A stretch of 64,000 nt of DNA from Felis catus (lineage: Eukaryota), in the NCBI RefSeq assembly GCF_018350175.1, contig NC_058368.1, forward strand, positions 206,896,001-206,960,000, given 5' to 3'. The position numbers were made by a program, and so were the translations under genes. This document shows positions 35,427-48,618 of the stretch, piece after piece. Position 1 is the first letter of the stretch. Each line of letters opens with the position of its first letter. The notes beneath the pieces are model-generated. The model did no database searches. It saw nothing but the letters and a program-made list of their open reading frames with translations, and had not been told where the DNA came from.

Positions 35427-37035
35427 TTAGAGTTCCCTCATTCTTAAAATAACCTTAGAATGTGTTCCCTCCAGTATCAAAGCTCTAACATCCTGCAGCC
35501 TTGTTTTCTTCCCTGGGCCTCTGCAGATCCTTTCTTCTTCTCTGAGTCTCTGGGTCCCACAACCAGGGCACTTGGCAGTTTCCAGGTCTCCTGCATTCCT
35601 TGTACACAGGCCTTGGAGGAAATGGAAGTGTTGCCATGTCCTTAAGGACCTAGTCATTTACCTCTTTCAATGCTGGACTTATAGTACTGGTGACACTGTG
35701 TTATGTGAGACGCCAAGCTGTTTGGGGACCACTCCCTCACAATGCAGGCCCATTGTCTTCAGGTGCCTCTTTCTCTATCCAGGACTTTCCACGTGCTCCC
35801 AAATCCCTACAGATTTCAAGAGGGGAAAAGTGACTGTGTTAGTATTTGTTCTCCGTGCTCTCACTCTTATTATCTTCCTGAATCTTTCCATGTTGTCCTT
35901 GCTTTCCCTCCACCCCATCGTTCCCATTTCTTCCCTAGGCTTCTGTAAATTTCCCCTACATCATAGCCTGAGATCTTCCTACCCGTGTTTTCAATCAGAC
36001 CTGCATCCCAATAGTTAATTATTGTAGATTAATCTATATAACCGGTTTATTTTCTTCAGTAATTCCAAGTCTTCAAACCTCTTCTTTGCTTTAAATTAAA
36101 AAATTATCTTATGAAAGTCAAATCTGAATATTAGCTCTTTGTCTTTGAATTCTTGCTATAACAACATCATCCTTAAAATAAATGAATGTCTCTGCCTGAC
36201 TAAAAAAAGAATGGTACAAAAAAGTCAAAAGAGAAAAACATATTGACATTATTTAGTAATTTTCTTCATTGCCCCCTTTAAAATTATTATTATAACTTGA
36301 ATGTCTATTATTATTTATTAAGATATCAAATTTCAATTTCAAAACAAATTTGAAATGAAAATGGTAAAGTTTTACTTGTCATTAATTAATGCACACTGGC
36401 TTTTTGATAAACTTACTGTATCATATTTGATTGTAAATGTATCTGTGCATCTGAACATAATTTTTCTTTTTTGGATAATGACCTGCTTGAAGCTTTATCA
36501 TCATCATTATATTAGCTTTATTGGTAGATAATTTATAGAATTTAAAATAAAGTTATTTTACTTGTACAATCCATTGACTTTGGAAAATATATATTGTTGT
36601 GGAACTACCACCACAAACATGATATAAAACATTTCCATCACCGAAAACAATCCCTCATGCTCCTTTGCAATCAACATTCAGACCCTAACCCCTAGCACAG
36701 GTATTGATATAGTTTGGCCTTTTCTAGAATTTCATATAAATGGAACTGTACTTTCTGAAGACTTTTTTGCCTGGTTGATTTCAGATAGCATAATGCATTG
36801 GAAATCTATTCATGTGTTGCATGTATCAATTATTTCCTTTTTTATGCTGAGTAGTATTTCATTTAATGGCTGTATCATAATTTGATGAACATTTGGATTG
36901 CTTCCAGCTGTGGCCATTGTAAATAAAGCTACTATGAATATTCAAATATAAATTTTTGTATGGAGAGATATTTTCATTCCTTTTGGGTATGGGAATAGGA
37001 TTACTGAGTTTTATGGCAACTGGGTATTTAATTTT

Positions 37036-37250
37036 AAAATTTTTTTCTTAATGTTTATTTATTTTTGAGAGAATGAGACAGAGTGCGAGCAGGGGAGGGG
37101 CAGAGAGAGAGGGAGATACAGAATCCAAAGCAGGCTCCAGGCTCTGAGCTGTCAGCACGGAGCCTGATGCTGTGCTTGAACTCACAGACCAGGATATCAT
37201 GACCTAAGTCGAGGGCGGATGCTCAACCAACTGAGCCACCTAGGCGCCCC
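37036..37250 (-). mobile_element. Can-SINE nested in old L1
   Basis: TSD T(G/A)GGTATTTAATTTT at 37021-37035 and 37251-37265. Confidence 0.95.
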
Positions 37251-37390
37251 TAGGTATTTAATTTTTAAAGAAACTACCAAACTGTTTTTCAAGTGGCTGT
37301 TTTACTTTCAATTCCCACAAGTGATATATGAGAGTTCCAGTCACTTCATAGCTACACTAACATGACAGTTTCAGTCATTCTATTTTTCTT

Positions 37391-37608
37391 ATTTAAAAAA
37401 AAATTTTTAATGTTTATTCTTGGGAGAGAGAGAGAGGTAGAATGTGAGCAGAGGAGGGACAGAGAGAGGGAGACACAGAATCTGAAGCAGGCTCCAGGCT
37501 CTAAGCTGCCAGCACAGAACGTGACACTGGGCTAGAACTCACAAGACTAGGAGATCATGACCTGAGCTGAAATTGGACACTCAACCAGTTGAGCCACCCA
37601 GACGCCCC
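37391..37608 (-). mobile_element. Can-SINE nested in old L1
   Basis: Degenerate TSD TT(C/T)AGTCATT; its head junction is duplicated at 37603-37662. Confidence 0.93.
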
Positions 37609-38590
37609 TTTAGTCATTTTCATTTAAGCCATCGCCCCTTTAGTCATTTTAATTTAAGCCATCGTAGAGCATACATAGTGTTCTCTCATTGTAACTAATG
37701 ATTGATTATATCAAGCATCTTTTCAATGCTTGTTTGCTCTTTGTAATATATTCTTTACAAAAAGTCTGTTCACATCTTCTTTTATTTATCTTTGAATTGC
37801 ATTGTAAGCGTTCTATATGTAGTCTAGGTGCAAGTATTTTGGTGGACATAGATCTTGCAAAATGTCTTCTCCCTGTCTGTGTCTTTCCTTTTCATTTTCT
37901 TAACATGTCTTACAAGAAGCAAAGGTTTTTTTTTTTTTTTTATCAATGAGATCTAATTTTTCAATTTTTCTTCTTTATATGATTGATTTGTGTGTGTGGC
38001 CTAAGAAATCTTTAACAAATTCAGGATCACGAAAATATTCTTCAATCTTTATTCTAGTTAGATAAGTTCAGCTCATACAGTTAGGTCTATAATCTATTCT
38101 GCATTAAATTTTGTATGTATAAAGTTAGGGTTGAGTTTTTGTTTGCTCTGTTTTGTTTTTTTCCACATGAATATCCAAATGTTTCTGTACCATAGGCTGA
38201 AAAGACTATCCTTTCACCACAAAATTACCTTGGTATCTTTGTTGGAAGTTAAATGTTTATATATGTGTTAGTCTATTTCTGGACTCCATTTTCTGATCTA
38301 TTTATCAATATATGGTTATGACTATACCAATATCATACTTGACTACTATAGATTTATAATAAGTCTTAAAATCATGTTGTCTTTTACTATAAATCCTCTA
38401 GCTTTATTCTTTTCAAAAATCATTTTGGTAATTCTAGATCTTTTGTATTTCCATATAAACTTAGAATTAGCCTATCAATTTCTCCAAAAGACCTGCTGAG
38501 ATGTCAATTAGGATTGTGTTGTATCTTTAGATCAACTGGGTGGAAATTAACATATTAACACTATGGAATCATTCTATTCATAAATATGGC

Positions 38591-38902
38591 GTGTTAGCTC
38601 AGGCTGCCTTAACAGAACACCACAGACTGGGTGGCTTCAACAACAGAAATCTTGTTCCCGGTTTGGGAAGCTCAAAAAACCAACATCAAGGTACTGGCAG
38701 GTTTGGTTTTTGGTGATGCTTCACTTCTTGGCTTATAGCCAGTCACCTTCTCACTGTATCTTCACATGGCCTTTCCTTGTGCACATGTCTGGGGGAGGAC
38801 AAGATGGGCAGAGAGAGAGAGAGAGAGGGAAAGAGAGAGAGAGAGATGTTGTCTCTTCCTTTTTTTGTAAGACACCAGTCCTGTCGCATTAGGGCCCCAG
38901 CC
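38591..38902 (-). mobile_element. MaLR LTR (MLT1A-like), incomplete
   Basis: GCTCAGGCTGCCTTAACAGAACACCACAGACTGGGTGGCTT...CTTCACATGGCCTTTCCT...ATTAGGGCCCCA. Confidence 0.85.
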
Positions 38903-39214
38903 TGCCAACCTGTCAGATTATTCAAACAGGCCAATCACATCATCCAACAGCAAACAGAGGTCACCCCACCGTCTTGTTACTACAAAGTTTACCTCCCACA
39001 ACTATTGCTTGTTAACTCATTTCTCAAGCACAGCCCGCATGTAGTTCTGCACGGTGTGCTTTGTCTTCCTCCTCTGTGCTGTGAGTGCATGCAGCTAACA
39101 AACTGTCGTCTAGCTCATCTTTCCAATTTTGGATGTTGAGTGTTTGGTCCACTCCTAACCCTAGGGTGGGAGCTCCTTCCTCACTAGTGGGATAAAGAAG
39201 AGGTGATCAAAATA
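38903..39214 (+). mobile_element. ERVL LTR 3' half (MER76-like)
   Basis: CCAATCACATC...TACTACAAAG...GCTGTGAGT...AACCCTAGGG...GAGGTGATCAAAATA matches the recalled MER76 3' half. Confidence 0.7.
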
Positions 39215-40941
39215 AGAAACATTATTGGTAGTTGATTTTATTGTTTGCTTTGCTTATGTGATAGATTAATATATAAGGTTTTGCATTTGTATTTGTCCTC
39301 TCTCCATTTTTCTCCCCTCTCCTCTGGTTTTTATTTCCTGGCCCCAGAAAATCCGTAGAGTGGAAAACAGAAGTTGTTGGAAGCCAAACTATTTGCCTGT
39401 GTTTTGTGAAAGCCTGAGCCGTATAGTTGAAGAGGGTGAAATACAGTACAGAATGATGGGATTGTTTGAGGACTGCAGGGGTTGAAAAAGAGAACCTATG
39501 GCTTTGACATTTACCCCAGGACTCCACAACTTAGTCCAGTTGCCAATCCTGGAAAATCTTCTATCCTATGCTCTCTTGGTGTGACACGGAAGCCGCAGTT
39601 ATTGCTTTAGATAGGCGATGAAGATCAATATGGAAAAGAGACTAGAAAGTCTTTCTATAAAATTTCCACTGGCCTGATCTTAGAAATAAAGGTGAGATTT
39701 AAATTGATTTAAGAAAAGTAAAGAGATTCGAATTTCTTGAATATATGAGTTTATTTATGGCTTATATTTTCTAAAATTGCCAGGATTGTTTCACATGCTT
39801 GGACTGGCTAATGAATAAGTAGTCCCTGGCCATTGAGTAAAAGTCTTACAGCTTTACAGAAATGATAAAACAGTCAAAGAAAACCTTGGTGCTACCAAAA
39901 TGAAGGATTATATATCCATTTACCCCTTCTCAATGAATACAAGTGAGGGAATTAAGTGTGACCATCAACAACTATTCGCAGCAACAAGTAGACTAGGATG
40001 TTGCAAGGTGAAACCCCAGGCCTCTATAAACTGGGATCCAGTTTTGGTGATGCATAGAGTATCCCTGTTACAACAGATATTGTTTTCTTTCTAAGTATGA
40101 AAACTTCTCTGGTCCAGGTGACAGGTGGTTGGAAATATTACCTTTGTTTTTGGCAAAGGCATGTAAGACCTAGACAGGAGAGAATGTTTCGTATATCCAG
40201 TTCAGAACCTATTCTCCACAGGAAACAAGCCTGTCAATCAACATCTACTGTTACTGTTGGTTATTACTTTGAGATGCTCTTTCCTTGGTTTTGAAAAATG
40301 TTATCAAACAGCAAAAAAAGTTAGCTAAATTATTACAGAATGCCCAAAAAGAAGCTTCGAACAGTGTTTTCCCTAGGGCTTCTACGTCCGATGGTTGGCT
40401 GCCTTTCTCCATCTGAGCAATTAAATGTTGTATTATAAAAAGAGGAAACTGTACTGGTATTTTAGATTTCAAAACAATTATGAAATTTACCACAGAATAA
40501 GGTCTGACTATTGACTATTAGCATTTCTTTGGTGCATTTCCTTTTATATTTCACCATAAATATCGTCTGCAATGTTGGTGAGTAGGAAAGACTGTTCTTG
40601 CTCTCCACTGCCTCACATAAAATAACTTTTTTTTATACTCCCTGAAGTTTTTCTAGACTTAGGTTCATCAAATTGTAATCTTTGATGATCTTCATACAAG
40701 TATGACTAAAATGTGACAATTAGGATAATCTAAGTGTCATATTTGGTAGGTTTTCCATTGATTTTTTAAGTTTAAAAAGAGTATATTTCTGGAAAATTCT
40801 GGATGCATAAAACTTACAAGTTATTATGTTTTACGGCTCCAAGATATTTTAGAGTCACAGCTGTAGTGAAATGAACACTGGATGATGAATCAGAAGTGCT
40901 GGATTTGTGTCCTGGTTCACCAATTCCTATCAATGTGATCT

Positions 40942-41227
40942 GTTAATTGTTTTTTTTTTTTCTAAAAGAAAATTAGAAAATTTCGAATTGAAATATAGTT
41001 GAGGCACAATGTTGCATTAGTTTCAGGTATAGAACACAGTGGTTCAGCATCTCTGTATGTTATGCTATGCTCACCACAGCAGCTACCATCTGTCACCATA
41101 CAAAGCTATTACAATACCATTGACTATATTCCCTATGCTCTGCCTTTATCCCCGTGACTTATTCATTCCGTAACTGGAAGCCTATATCTCTGACTACCCT
41201 TCATCCATTTTGCCCGTCCTTCCACCC
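40942..41227 (-). mobile_element. Carnivore L1 3'UTR fragment
   Basis: CACAATGTTGCATTAGTTTCAGGT...; degenerate TSD CCTAT(CAA/TAG)TGTGATCT at 40926-40941 and 41228-41243. Confidence 0.88.
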
Positions 41228-41306
41228 CCTATTAGTGTGATCTTAAGTATACTTTCTATGAACTTCATCTTCTGCATCTGTGCAATAGAAATTCAATCTT
41301 GCCTTT

Positions 41307-42202
41307 TTTTTTAATTTACATCCAAATTAGTTAACATATAGTGAAACAATGATTTCAGGAGTAGATTCCTTAGTGCCCCTTACCCATTTAACCCATCCAC
41401 CCCCTTCCACAACCCCTCCAGTAACTCTCTGTTTGTTTTCCATACTTAAGAGTCTCTTATGTTTTGTCCCCTTTCCTGTTTTATATTATTTTTGCTTCCC
41501 TTCCCTTGTGTTCATCTGTTTTGTCTCTTAAAGTCCTCATATGAATGAAGTCGTATGAAATTTGCCTTTCTCTGACTAATTTTGCTTAGCATAATACTCT
41601 TCCAGTTCCATCCACATAGTTGCAAATGGAAAGACTTCATTCTTTTTGATTGCCAAGTAATACTCCATTGTATATATATATACCACATTTTCTTTATCCA
41701 TTCATCCATCGATGGACATTTGGGCTCTTTCCATACTTTGGCTATTGTTGATAGTGCTGCTATAAACATTGGGGTGCCATGTGTCCCTTTGAAACAGCAC
41801 ACCTGTATCCCATGGAAAAATGCCTAGTAGTGCAATTGCTGGGTCGTAGGATAGTTCTATTTTTAGTTTTTTGAGGAACCTCCATACTGTTTTCCAGAGC
41901 GGCTGCACCAGCTTGCATTCCCACCAACAATTCAAAAGAGATCCTCTTTCTCCACATCTTCGCCAACATCTATTGTTGCCCGAGTTGTTAATGTTAGCCA
42001 TTCTGACAGGTGTAAAGTGGTATCTCATTGTAGTTTTAATTTGTATTTCCCTGATGATGAGTGATGTTGAACATTTTTTCATGTGTTGGTTGGCCTTCTG
42101 GATGTCTTCCTTGGAGAAGTGTCTATTCATGTCTTTTGCCCATTTCTTCACTAGATTAGTTGTTTTTTGGGTGTTGAGTTTGATAAGTTCTTTATAGATT
42201 TG
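41307..42202 (-). mobile_element. 5'-truncated carnivore/felid L1
   Basis: 3'UTR plus ORF2 C-terminus; TSD TCAATC(C)TTGCCTTT at 41293-41306 and 42203-42217. Confidence 0.95.
41702..42151 (-). pseudogene. L1 ORF2p C-terminal remnant (frameshifted)
   Basis: [45 protein letters not shown]...[26 protein letters not shown]; continues in another frame as [30 protein letters not shown]. Confidence 0.93.
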
Positions 42203-43479
42203 TCAATCCTTGCCTTTCTAATCTCACACTTTATTATGAGGATCCATGAAGATAACGGATGTAAAGATGTTCTGTAATTAGTGAAGTATTCTATAGAGTT
42301 GGGTTGTAATCTACTCCAAAGCTGTCCTTTTATAGATGAGGAAACCAAAGCCCTGGTTTCTTAGTTATCCAAGGTCAAATAAATAATTCTCAGAAAAAGA
42401 CAGTTTTAATACAATATTTCAGAAGCACTCTGCTAAGGCATCTGGATATTCTTCACTCGAGATTGTATATTCTTGTCCTTATACCCAGATCTGTTCATGT
42501 AAAAAGTAAGTAAAACATCAGTCATTTTTACAGTAGTGAAGTATCTCTCTCATACCATGATTGTTTCTAGTTATCCACTTGAAGCTAAAAGAGGAATAAA
42601 TTTTAAGGGACATATGTGATTTTTAGTTGCAAGTATAAACACACTAATTCCCTAGGCTCCCTGAATATAGCAAAGTCATGTCAGGTCTCCGTAAACTATG
42701 GGAGATGCCATTGCTATGACTTCATGTAATCTGTAAGAGGTTTCCTTTTGTTTACTTTGCTTAATAGAGAAGGATCTCTCTCAATAATTTCTACTGTTGA
42801 ATCTACAATACTTATAACACTACCTAGCATATAATAGGATTCAATGGATATTTGTTGAAAAAATGCTTTTATTAGGAGAACTCAAACAAGTTACTAAACT
42901 AAAAGTCATTTATGTGTATTTGGAAAGAATGTGGTTGATAGATTAAGACATATTGTGTATCAACAATTTTAAAATGATCCTGGGAGACAGTAGGAAAAAA
43001 CCCTTTCTTAGGATTTCCTTTTTGATGTCCAGGCAGGTGGGAAATGAGTGGGGAGAGCATTGAGAGCAAAAAACAGTGAGAATTCAAGTTTTACAGAGAA
43101 AGAATAAAACTTGACTCTGTAACCTCAGGCAGCAAAGGATTTTGAAGGAGGTAGAACATATGGGGACATGTCAATATCATAATTGGCAATAGGCAAAATA
43201 TAGGAGGTTTTTTCTGAGACAAGATGTTAAAACAAAGAAAACAGATGAAAGATATGAAGATGGACACATGCAGAATTTAAAAAAAAACAGTTTCCCAAAC
43301 TATATTATTTTACATAAATATATATGTATATATGTGTGTGTATCAAATATGTGTAGTATGTATATACCAAAGTTATTCTATTCTTTATATGAATTTCCAC
43401 CAATATGAAAAGGCAAAGCAATATTAAGTTACTTTCTTGGTTTCATGTTTTTCAGGAAGGGACAGGGGCTCATCTGATA

Positions 43480-43620
43480 AAGACTATGTATGGCTCAGCT
43501 GGTTACCTAATCTCTTGGAAACTCAGTTGCCTTATCTCTAAAATGCAGATAGTAATAATGAGATTTGTTGAGATACTTAGATATGTAAGCACCCAGCCTA
43601 GTGTCTTAACATGTAACCTT
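43480..43620 (+). mobile_element. MIR
   Basis: CTCAGTTGCCTTATCTCTAAAATGCAGATAGTAATA...ATGTAAGCACCCAGCCTAGTG. Confidence 0.7.
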
Positions 43621-45040
43621 CCCTTTTATTCCCCCTTCCTTCTTCCTTCTTCTTTTCTCTTTCTCTCCCTCTTTGAAGAAAAAGTAGCCCTTCTGTACTT
43701 AAAAGAACCATATATACTCCGTGAATACTAAGGGACAATTTGATTTAACCAATATTTATTAAACATTAAGATTTCTAATATTCCATTGGGTATCCCTTGA
43801 TGAGGAAGCAAAAGCAGTATGTGATGTGATCCCTTAACAATATTTTGGGGGAGTTGAGATTTATTCACATGACACAAAGAGTCGTAGATAAAGGGCACAT
43901 TGTTAAATTAAATATAGGAAACACCATATAGTACAAAGAAAAATTTCTGTGGCCAGATGTGGAAGGAGAACAAGTGACCCTACTTACCAGTTACAGTTGA
44001 AAAAACTGGGGCTAGTGGACTTAGGCAATCTTTCTGGGAAATTTGCTGCTTCTGCAGAAGAATGAGGGAGGCAACTTTCACACGACTCATTGACACTATC
44101 TCTATATTAGACTATCATCTCATCTGTGTACCACACTTATAAATAAAATAAGATAAATTATTATGTTAAGTAGATACTAGATACTTTGGAAGAGGATATA
44201 TTTATTCCAAAAGAGTTGTTTTTTTTGTTTTTTTTTTAATTCTCTGAGGTCTTAAGAATTTCTCAAATCTCAAATTGAATGTTACCCAGTTTGGGAACAG
44301 GATATTTACAAGATATCACAAAATTAAGATAGCCCAGTAGAGAAGGGGGCAAATTAAATATAATCCTAGAGAAATAATTTCCCCAGTTTTAACCTTCATC
44401 TTGCTGTCTTTGTTCTAAACCCCATGCTATTGGTTACAACATATCAGATTAGAATTAAACGTCGTTTCACCCCTTGGGAAACTTCTGCTATGTTAAAAAT
44501 GTAATTAAACGTGGAAAATACTACTTTTGTGTTTTGTTAGCTTTCTATCTCTGCTATAAAAATACTTGAAAATACCATCAGGCCAACCACACTAAGGAGG
44601 TACCATGCTGCTTCTTAGGGAAAATTACAGCTACTAGACAGTCCATGTTTAGGGGGATATTAAAATATATGAAAGTACTTACCAGTGTTGAAAACACCTT
44701 GTTAAGAGTTTGAGATCTGTCAAAATATGCAGAGACTCAGAGCACTGAGATCCCATTATTGGAAAAAATTGACGTGCATGTATATGGACCTTCTTTGCTA
44801 ACCTAGGCTAGTTTTTGGAATAGTTGTTTTTATACTCCAAGCAGCAAAAATATATAAAGCAACAGTGGCAGGAAGAAAATATACAAAATTTCCACTCACA
44901 TAACTTTTATTTTATGTCTTTTGTTTTAACAAGTGTAAAACTGTTTTGGAGCCCAAACAGTGTATCTCGTGGGTCAGCTTTTCATAGGGCATTGTAACAG
45001 GATTTATGGACCTCACAAAAGCACAGGGGTGGGCTATAGA

Positions 45041-45041
<1 letters not shown>

Positions 45042-45077
<36 letters not shown>
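45042..45077. repeat. (CA)n microsatellite
   Basis: Direct observation. Confidence 0.95.
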
Positions 45078-45081
<4 letters not shown>

Positions 45082-46239
45082 TATTCAAAATGTCAGGTGA
45101 TCCACATAAACAGATGTTTCTGGTTTAGGGACCGTTGTTCAACTTGCTGGTATCATAGCCCAGCAAGGTGGATCCATTGTACAATTTGGATTCATTGTAA
45201 TCTGGATCCAAATGCAAATAGTGGAAGTGTCAACACTTTGTTCATATTCTGGTGGTAGATGAGTTGGCAGCCTGGGCATCTGGTTAGCTTGGAGAGAAGC
45301 TAGCAGCTATACTTCTCATTAAGTGGGTATGGCTTGACTTGCCACGGGGCTGGCAGGCATTTTTAAAGCTGAGTTACTTTCATAACAAATGCCAGATGCC
45401 AGCTAGATTTGTAAACATGAGCCAGGTTTCAAATAAATCTGGTTGAACTTGAAAATATTAATGTGCCCATTGGAAACTGCATTCTACCCACATAGCTTTC
45501 CAAAGCTTCACACATGCAGTTTAAAGAATGAATTCCTGGGGCTCTGGGGAGAGCTGGGGGCAAGGGTTGGAAGCGTGTGATTTAAAAGGAATGGACTTGG
45601 TTCCTGCAAGTCAAAGGGGCTGGAATGCAAAGAAGGAGCACTCCTGTTTCAAGAATAAAAAAACAAAACAAAACTTTGTGATCTTAAAGGATCATTACAA
45701 TAAAACCAGGAGAGTTTATCTCCTGTTTCTCAATGTCAAGTAATAGTAGACTAGAACTGAGATGTGAGTTGTAGACTGTGCTCTTTCACAAACGATGTGA
45801 ACACTCCATCTTTCTGGGCCTTAGTATTTATTACCATGTACAAATGAGTAGAGTAATTTTTACTACCCTACATATAGTTGAAAATTTATAAAGGGTAAAC
45901 TGAGATAAAACCATGAAGTTTTTATCACTCTGATAGTTCTCTGGGAAGCTTTAGGGACACCATCGTATTCCCTACAAATATCCATTTTCTTCCATTGTTA
46001 TATATGTTTTAAAATGTGTTTTGGAATTTGTTTGATTTTAAATTGTTGCCAAAATGAGATAATGCATGAACTCATTATTGACTTTGACTACACACATCCT
46101 GTGCATGTTTTTCGTATATGAAAATAATTGAATAGACCTGAGAAGTGGAAATTTACTGCATAGGGAAAGAGGTCAGATACTTATAAATAAAATCTTTCAT
46201 AAAATGGTACACTAAGTATTGCATATATGGGATAGTATA

Positions 46240-46450
46240 TGAGGACATCAACTAAATCATGGTTAAGTTCTGATTTTGCATTTTGTGGTTAGGTGACCTT
46301 AAGAAAGTCATTTTGGTACTCTTAGCCTCAGTCTCCCACATCCATATAATGGGGCTATGTTTCAAGAGTAAGACGACATATGCATGTCAACTATTTAATG
46401 TAGTTCCTGGCTCATAGAAAGCCCAGTATTAATGTTAGCTATTAATACTA
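46240..46450 (+). mobile_element. MIR
   Basis: GTGACCTTAAGAAAGTCA...GCCTCAGTCTCCCACATC...GTTCCTGGCTCATAG...AATGTTAGCTATTA. Confidence 0.78.
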
Positions 46451-46579
46451 GTTATTATTTAGAAGACTGTTTTCCATTAAGCTTTCAAAAATTGGGCAAA
46501 CTGAATAATATCAGTTCTACTGAATAAAACTAAATAAACACATAATCAGCATGATCATTTTAGCACAAAGTTGAAGTAA

Positions 46580-47345
46580 AGTAACAAATATTTAAATGGA
46601 ACATTTATCAATTCTGTTTACCTGTTCTGTTAACACTATGCTTCAGGATTACAAAGATGAGTAGGGCATAGTCATAGTACAAAGAAGTTCATGTGCTTGG
46701 GGACACAGTATGACCAATGACTTTATAGTATAACTAGTGATCTGATGGACCTGGCATTGAATTTCAGAGAAGAGACCCCTGTGTCTGAGTCAGCAGCATC
46801 ATGAGGCCAGGGTAGGAGTTCAGTGTCCAGAGAGACTTCTTAGATGAGAGGATGTTTAAGCTGAGTCTCAGTGGTAGCAAGGGGCAGGAGATGATTCCCA
46901 GGCAGAGAAACAGGATTAGCCAAGATGCAGAGGACTAGAAAAGTTTGGCAAGTTCATCAATATAAGTAGGTGTCAGAATGCCTTGTAGGAAATATTGCTT
47001 TGGGTATGTGGTAAGAGAATGGACTGTCCAGAAGAGGCACAGAAAAAGATGTGGGTTCTGTGTTGAAGGCAGACTTTTGGCAAGGTGATTCCGATCAGAA
47101 ATGATTGGAGAGAGGGGAGGAGGATGGGCAGAAGAAAAACAACAAAACAAAACAAAGACCCTGTAAGGATGTTACTGCACTCCAGGCGAAAACGATGATA
47201 ACGTGAACTAAAGTGGTGGCAGATGAGGTGGAACATGACAGAATGAAGAGAGGGATCAAGGTGGCAGACTCAACTGGCATGTGAGGAAGAACATAGAATG
47301 AAAGACGAGTTACAGATTTCTGGCTTGGGCAACTCAGGGCACAAA
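46580..47345 (-). mobile_element. L2 3' fragment
   Basis: ACAAAGATGAGTAG...GACTTCTTAGATGAG...TTTAAGCTGAGTCT...ATTCCCAGGCAGAGAAACAG...TTTCTGGCTTGGGCAAC. Confidence 0.75.
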
Positions 47346-47774
47346 TAACAACCTGTCCCTTAGCATCCTTCAGGCACATTTTTTTTTTCTTTTGATTTCT
47401 TCTCATCTCCATAACTGTCTTGGTGCCTAAAGCTTTCAAAATGGATTGTGTCTTAGAGCAATTTCCCAGAAAACAAGCATCACTGTATCAAATTCAGAAA
47501 TCCGAGCAACAACCTTGCTTCATTCATCCACTCCCGGGGACATTGGTGATCTTTCCTGCACATTAAAATTCAATTTGATAATTCTTTTTATGTAACATAC
47601 ACCTAAACCAAATGTGATGTTTGGGGTAAAAACACATTTTTGAAAAATACGAAGGCTGAATTGAAAGGATGTAGGTGAAAACCTTCAGATCAGTATAATG
47701 TAATACCCGACCTTAATCTTAGTTCACTTTTCTAGCCGTCAGTTTCCTCTTTTACAAAATAAGTGTACATTGGT

Positions 47775-47945
47775 CTAGAGTTTTTTTTCTTAACTATTGG
47801 GGCTTAGAGAACTCTTAGAGAATGTGCCTATATTTCTAGAAATATGAACAAACCTAGGTATAGAAAAATAATCATTCAATTTCAGAGGGGATCCTGGATC
47901 TTTCTTAAAGTCTGCAAATGAATCCTAAAATAAAAACCTCTGATC
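47775..47945. mobile_element. hAT-Charlie MITE (MER117-like) inside a MIR remnant
   Basis: Flanked by TCTAGA on both sides; TTTCTTAAC...GGGG start and AAAAACCTCTG end; MIR-like flanks CAGTTTCCTC and AGATGACCTGTGAGGCCCTTTC. Confidence 0.5.
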
Positions 47946-48232
47946 TAGATGACCTGTGAGGCCCTTTCTAGCAATCTATGCTAAGCAGAATGCATTTAGG
48001 AAGACAGGAAGCCAAGGGATAGGAGAGACAGAGAATGTTTGAAGGAAACTATGGTCCTATTCTTTTCCTCCTCTTCCACCTCCTCATCACGATTATGTAA
48101 TCATATATTATTATACATTATTATTATCATTTTAATTATTATTGTTGCCTTGATTTAGTACATTGAATTTTAATGGGAAGTGAACTATCAGGTTAACCTA
48201 CATCGTCAATACCTTAATGTGCTTCTTTCTTT

Positions 48233-48459
48233 TTTTTTTTTTTAATTTTATTTTCAACGTTTTAATTTATTTTTGGGACAGAGAGAGACAGAGCATGAAC
48301 GGGGGAGGGTCAGAGAGAGAGGGAGACACAGAATCAGAAACAGGCTCCAGGCTCTGAGCCATCAGCCCAGAGCCTGACGTGGGGCTCGAACTCATGGACC
48401 GTGAGATCGTGACCTGGCTGAAGTTGGACGCTTAACCGACTGCGCCACCCAGGCGCCCC
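48233..48459 (-). mobile_element. Young Can-SINE
   Basis: Perfect TSD ATGTGCTTCTTTCTTT at 48217-48232 and 48460-48475. Confidence 0.96.
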
Positions 48460-48618
48460 ATGTGCTTCTTTCTTTAACTTATCGCTTGAGATAAAAATCT
48501 ATTTCAAGTGTCTAAATTAAGCCCTAACCAAAACAAACTGAATCAAATAATTCCCTCCTTTTCAAGATAAGATTCCTTTTCTCCACTTGGATATGCATGT
48601 TTTCTTAATAATATTTCT

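Larger units (their letters stand above)
36511..38589 (-). mobile_element. Old L1 (L1MB/L1MC-like) 3' portion interrupted by two SINEs
   Basis: AGCTTTATTG...AACATTTCCATCACC...CTAGAATTTCATATAAATGGAA 3'UTR, continuing into antisense ORF2 (GAAAAGACTATCCTTTC, TAGAATTAGC...TAGATCAA). Confidence 0.85.
40852..42300 (+). mobile_element. MIR split by two L1 insertions
   Basis: Head (GTAGTGAAATGAACACTGGA...AATCAGAAG) 40852-40941, core 41228-41306, 3' part (TATGAGGATCCATGAAGATAACGGATGTAAAG) 42203-42300. Confidence 0.75.

Noticed and set aside
45076..45441. Possible DNA transposon with terminal inverted repeats CAGAGTTATTCAAAA / TTTCAAATAAATCTG
   Set aside because: Only 12/15 match and no TA or 8-bp TSD.
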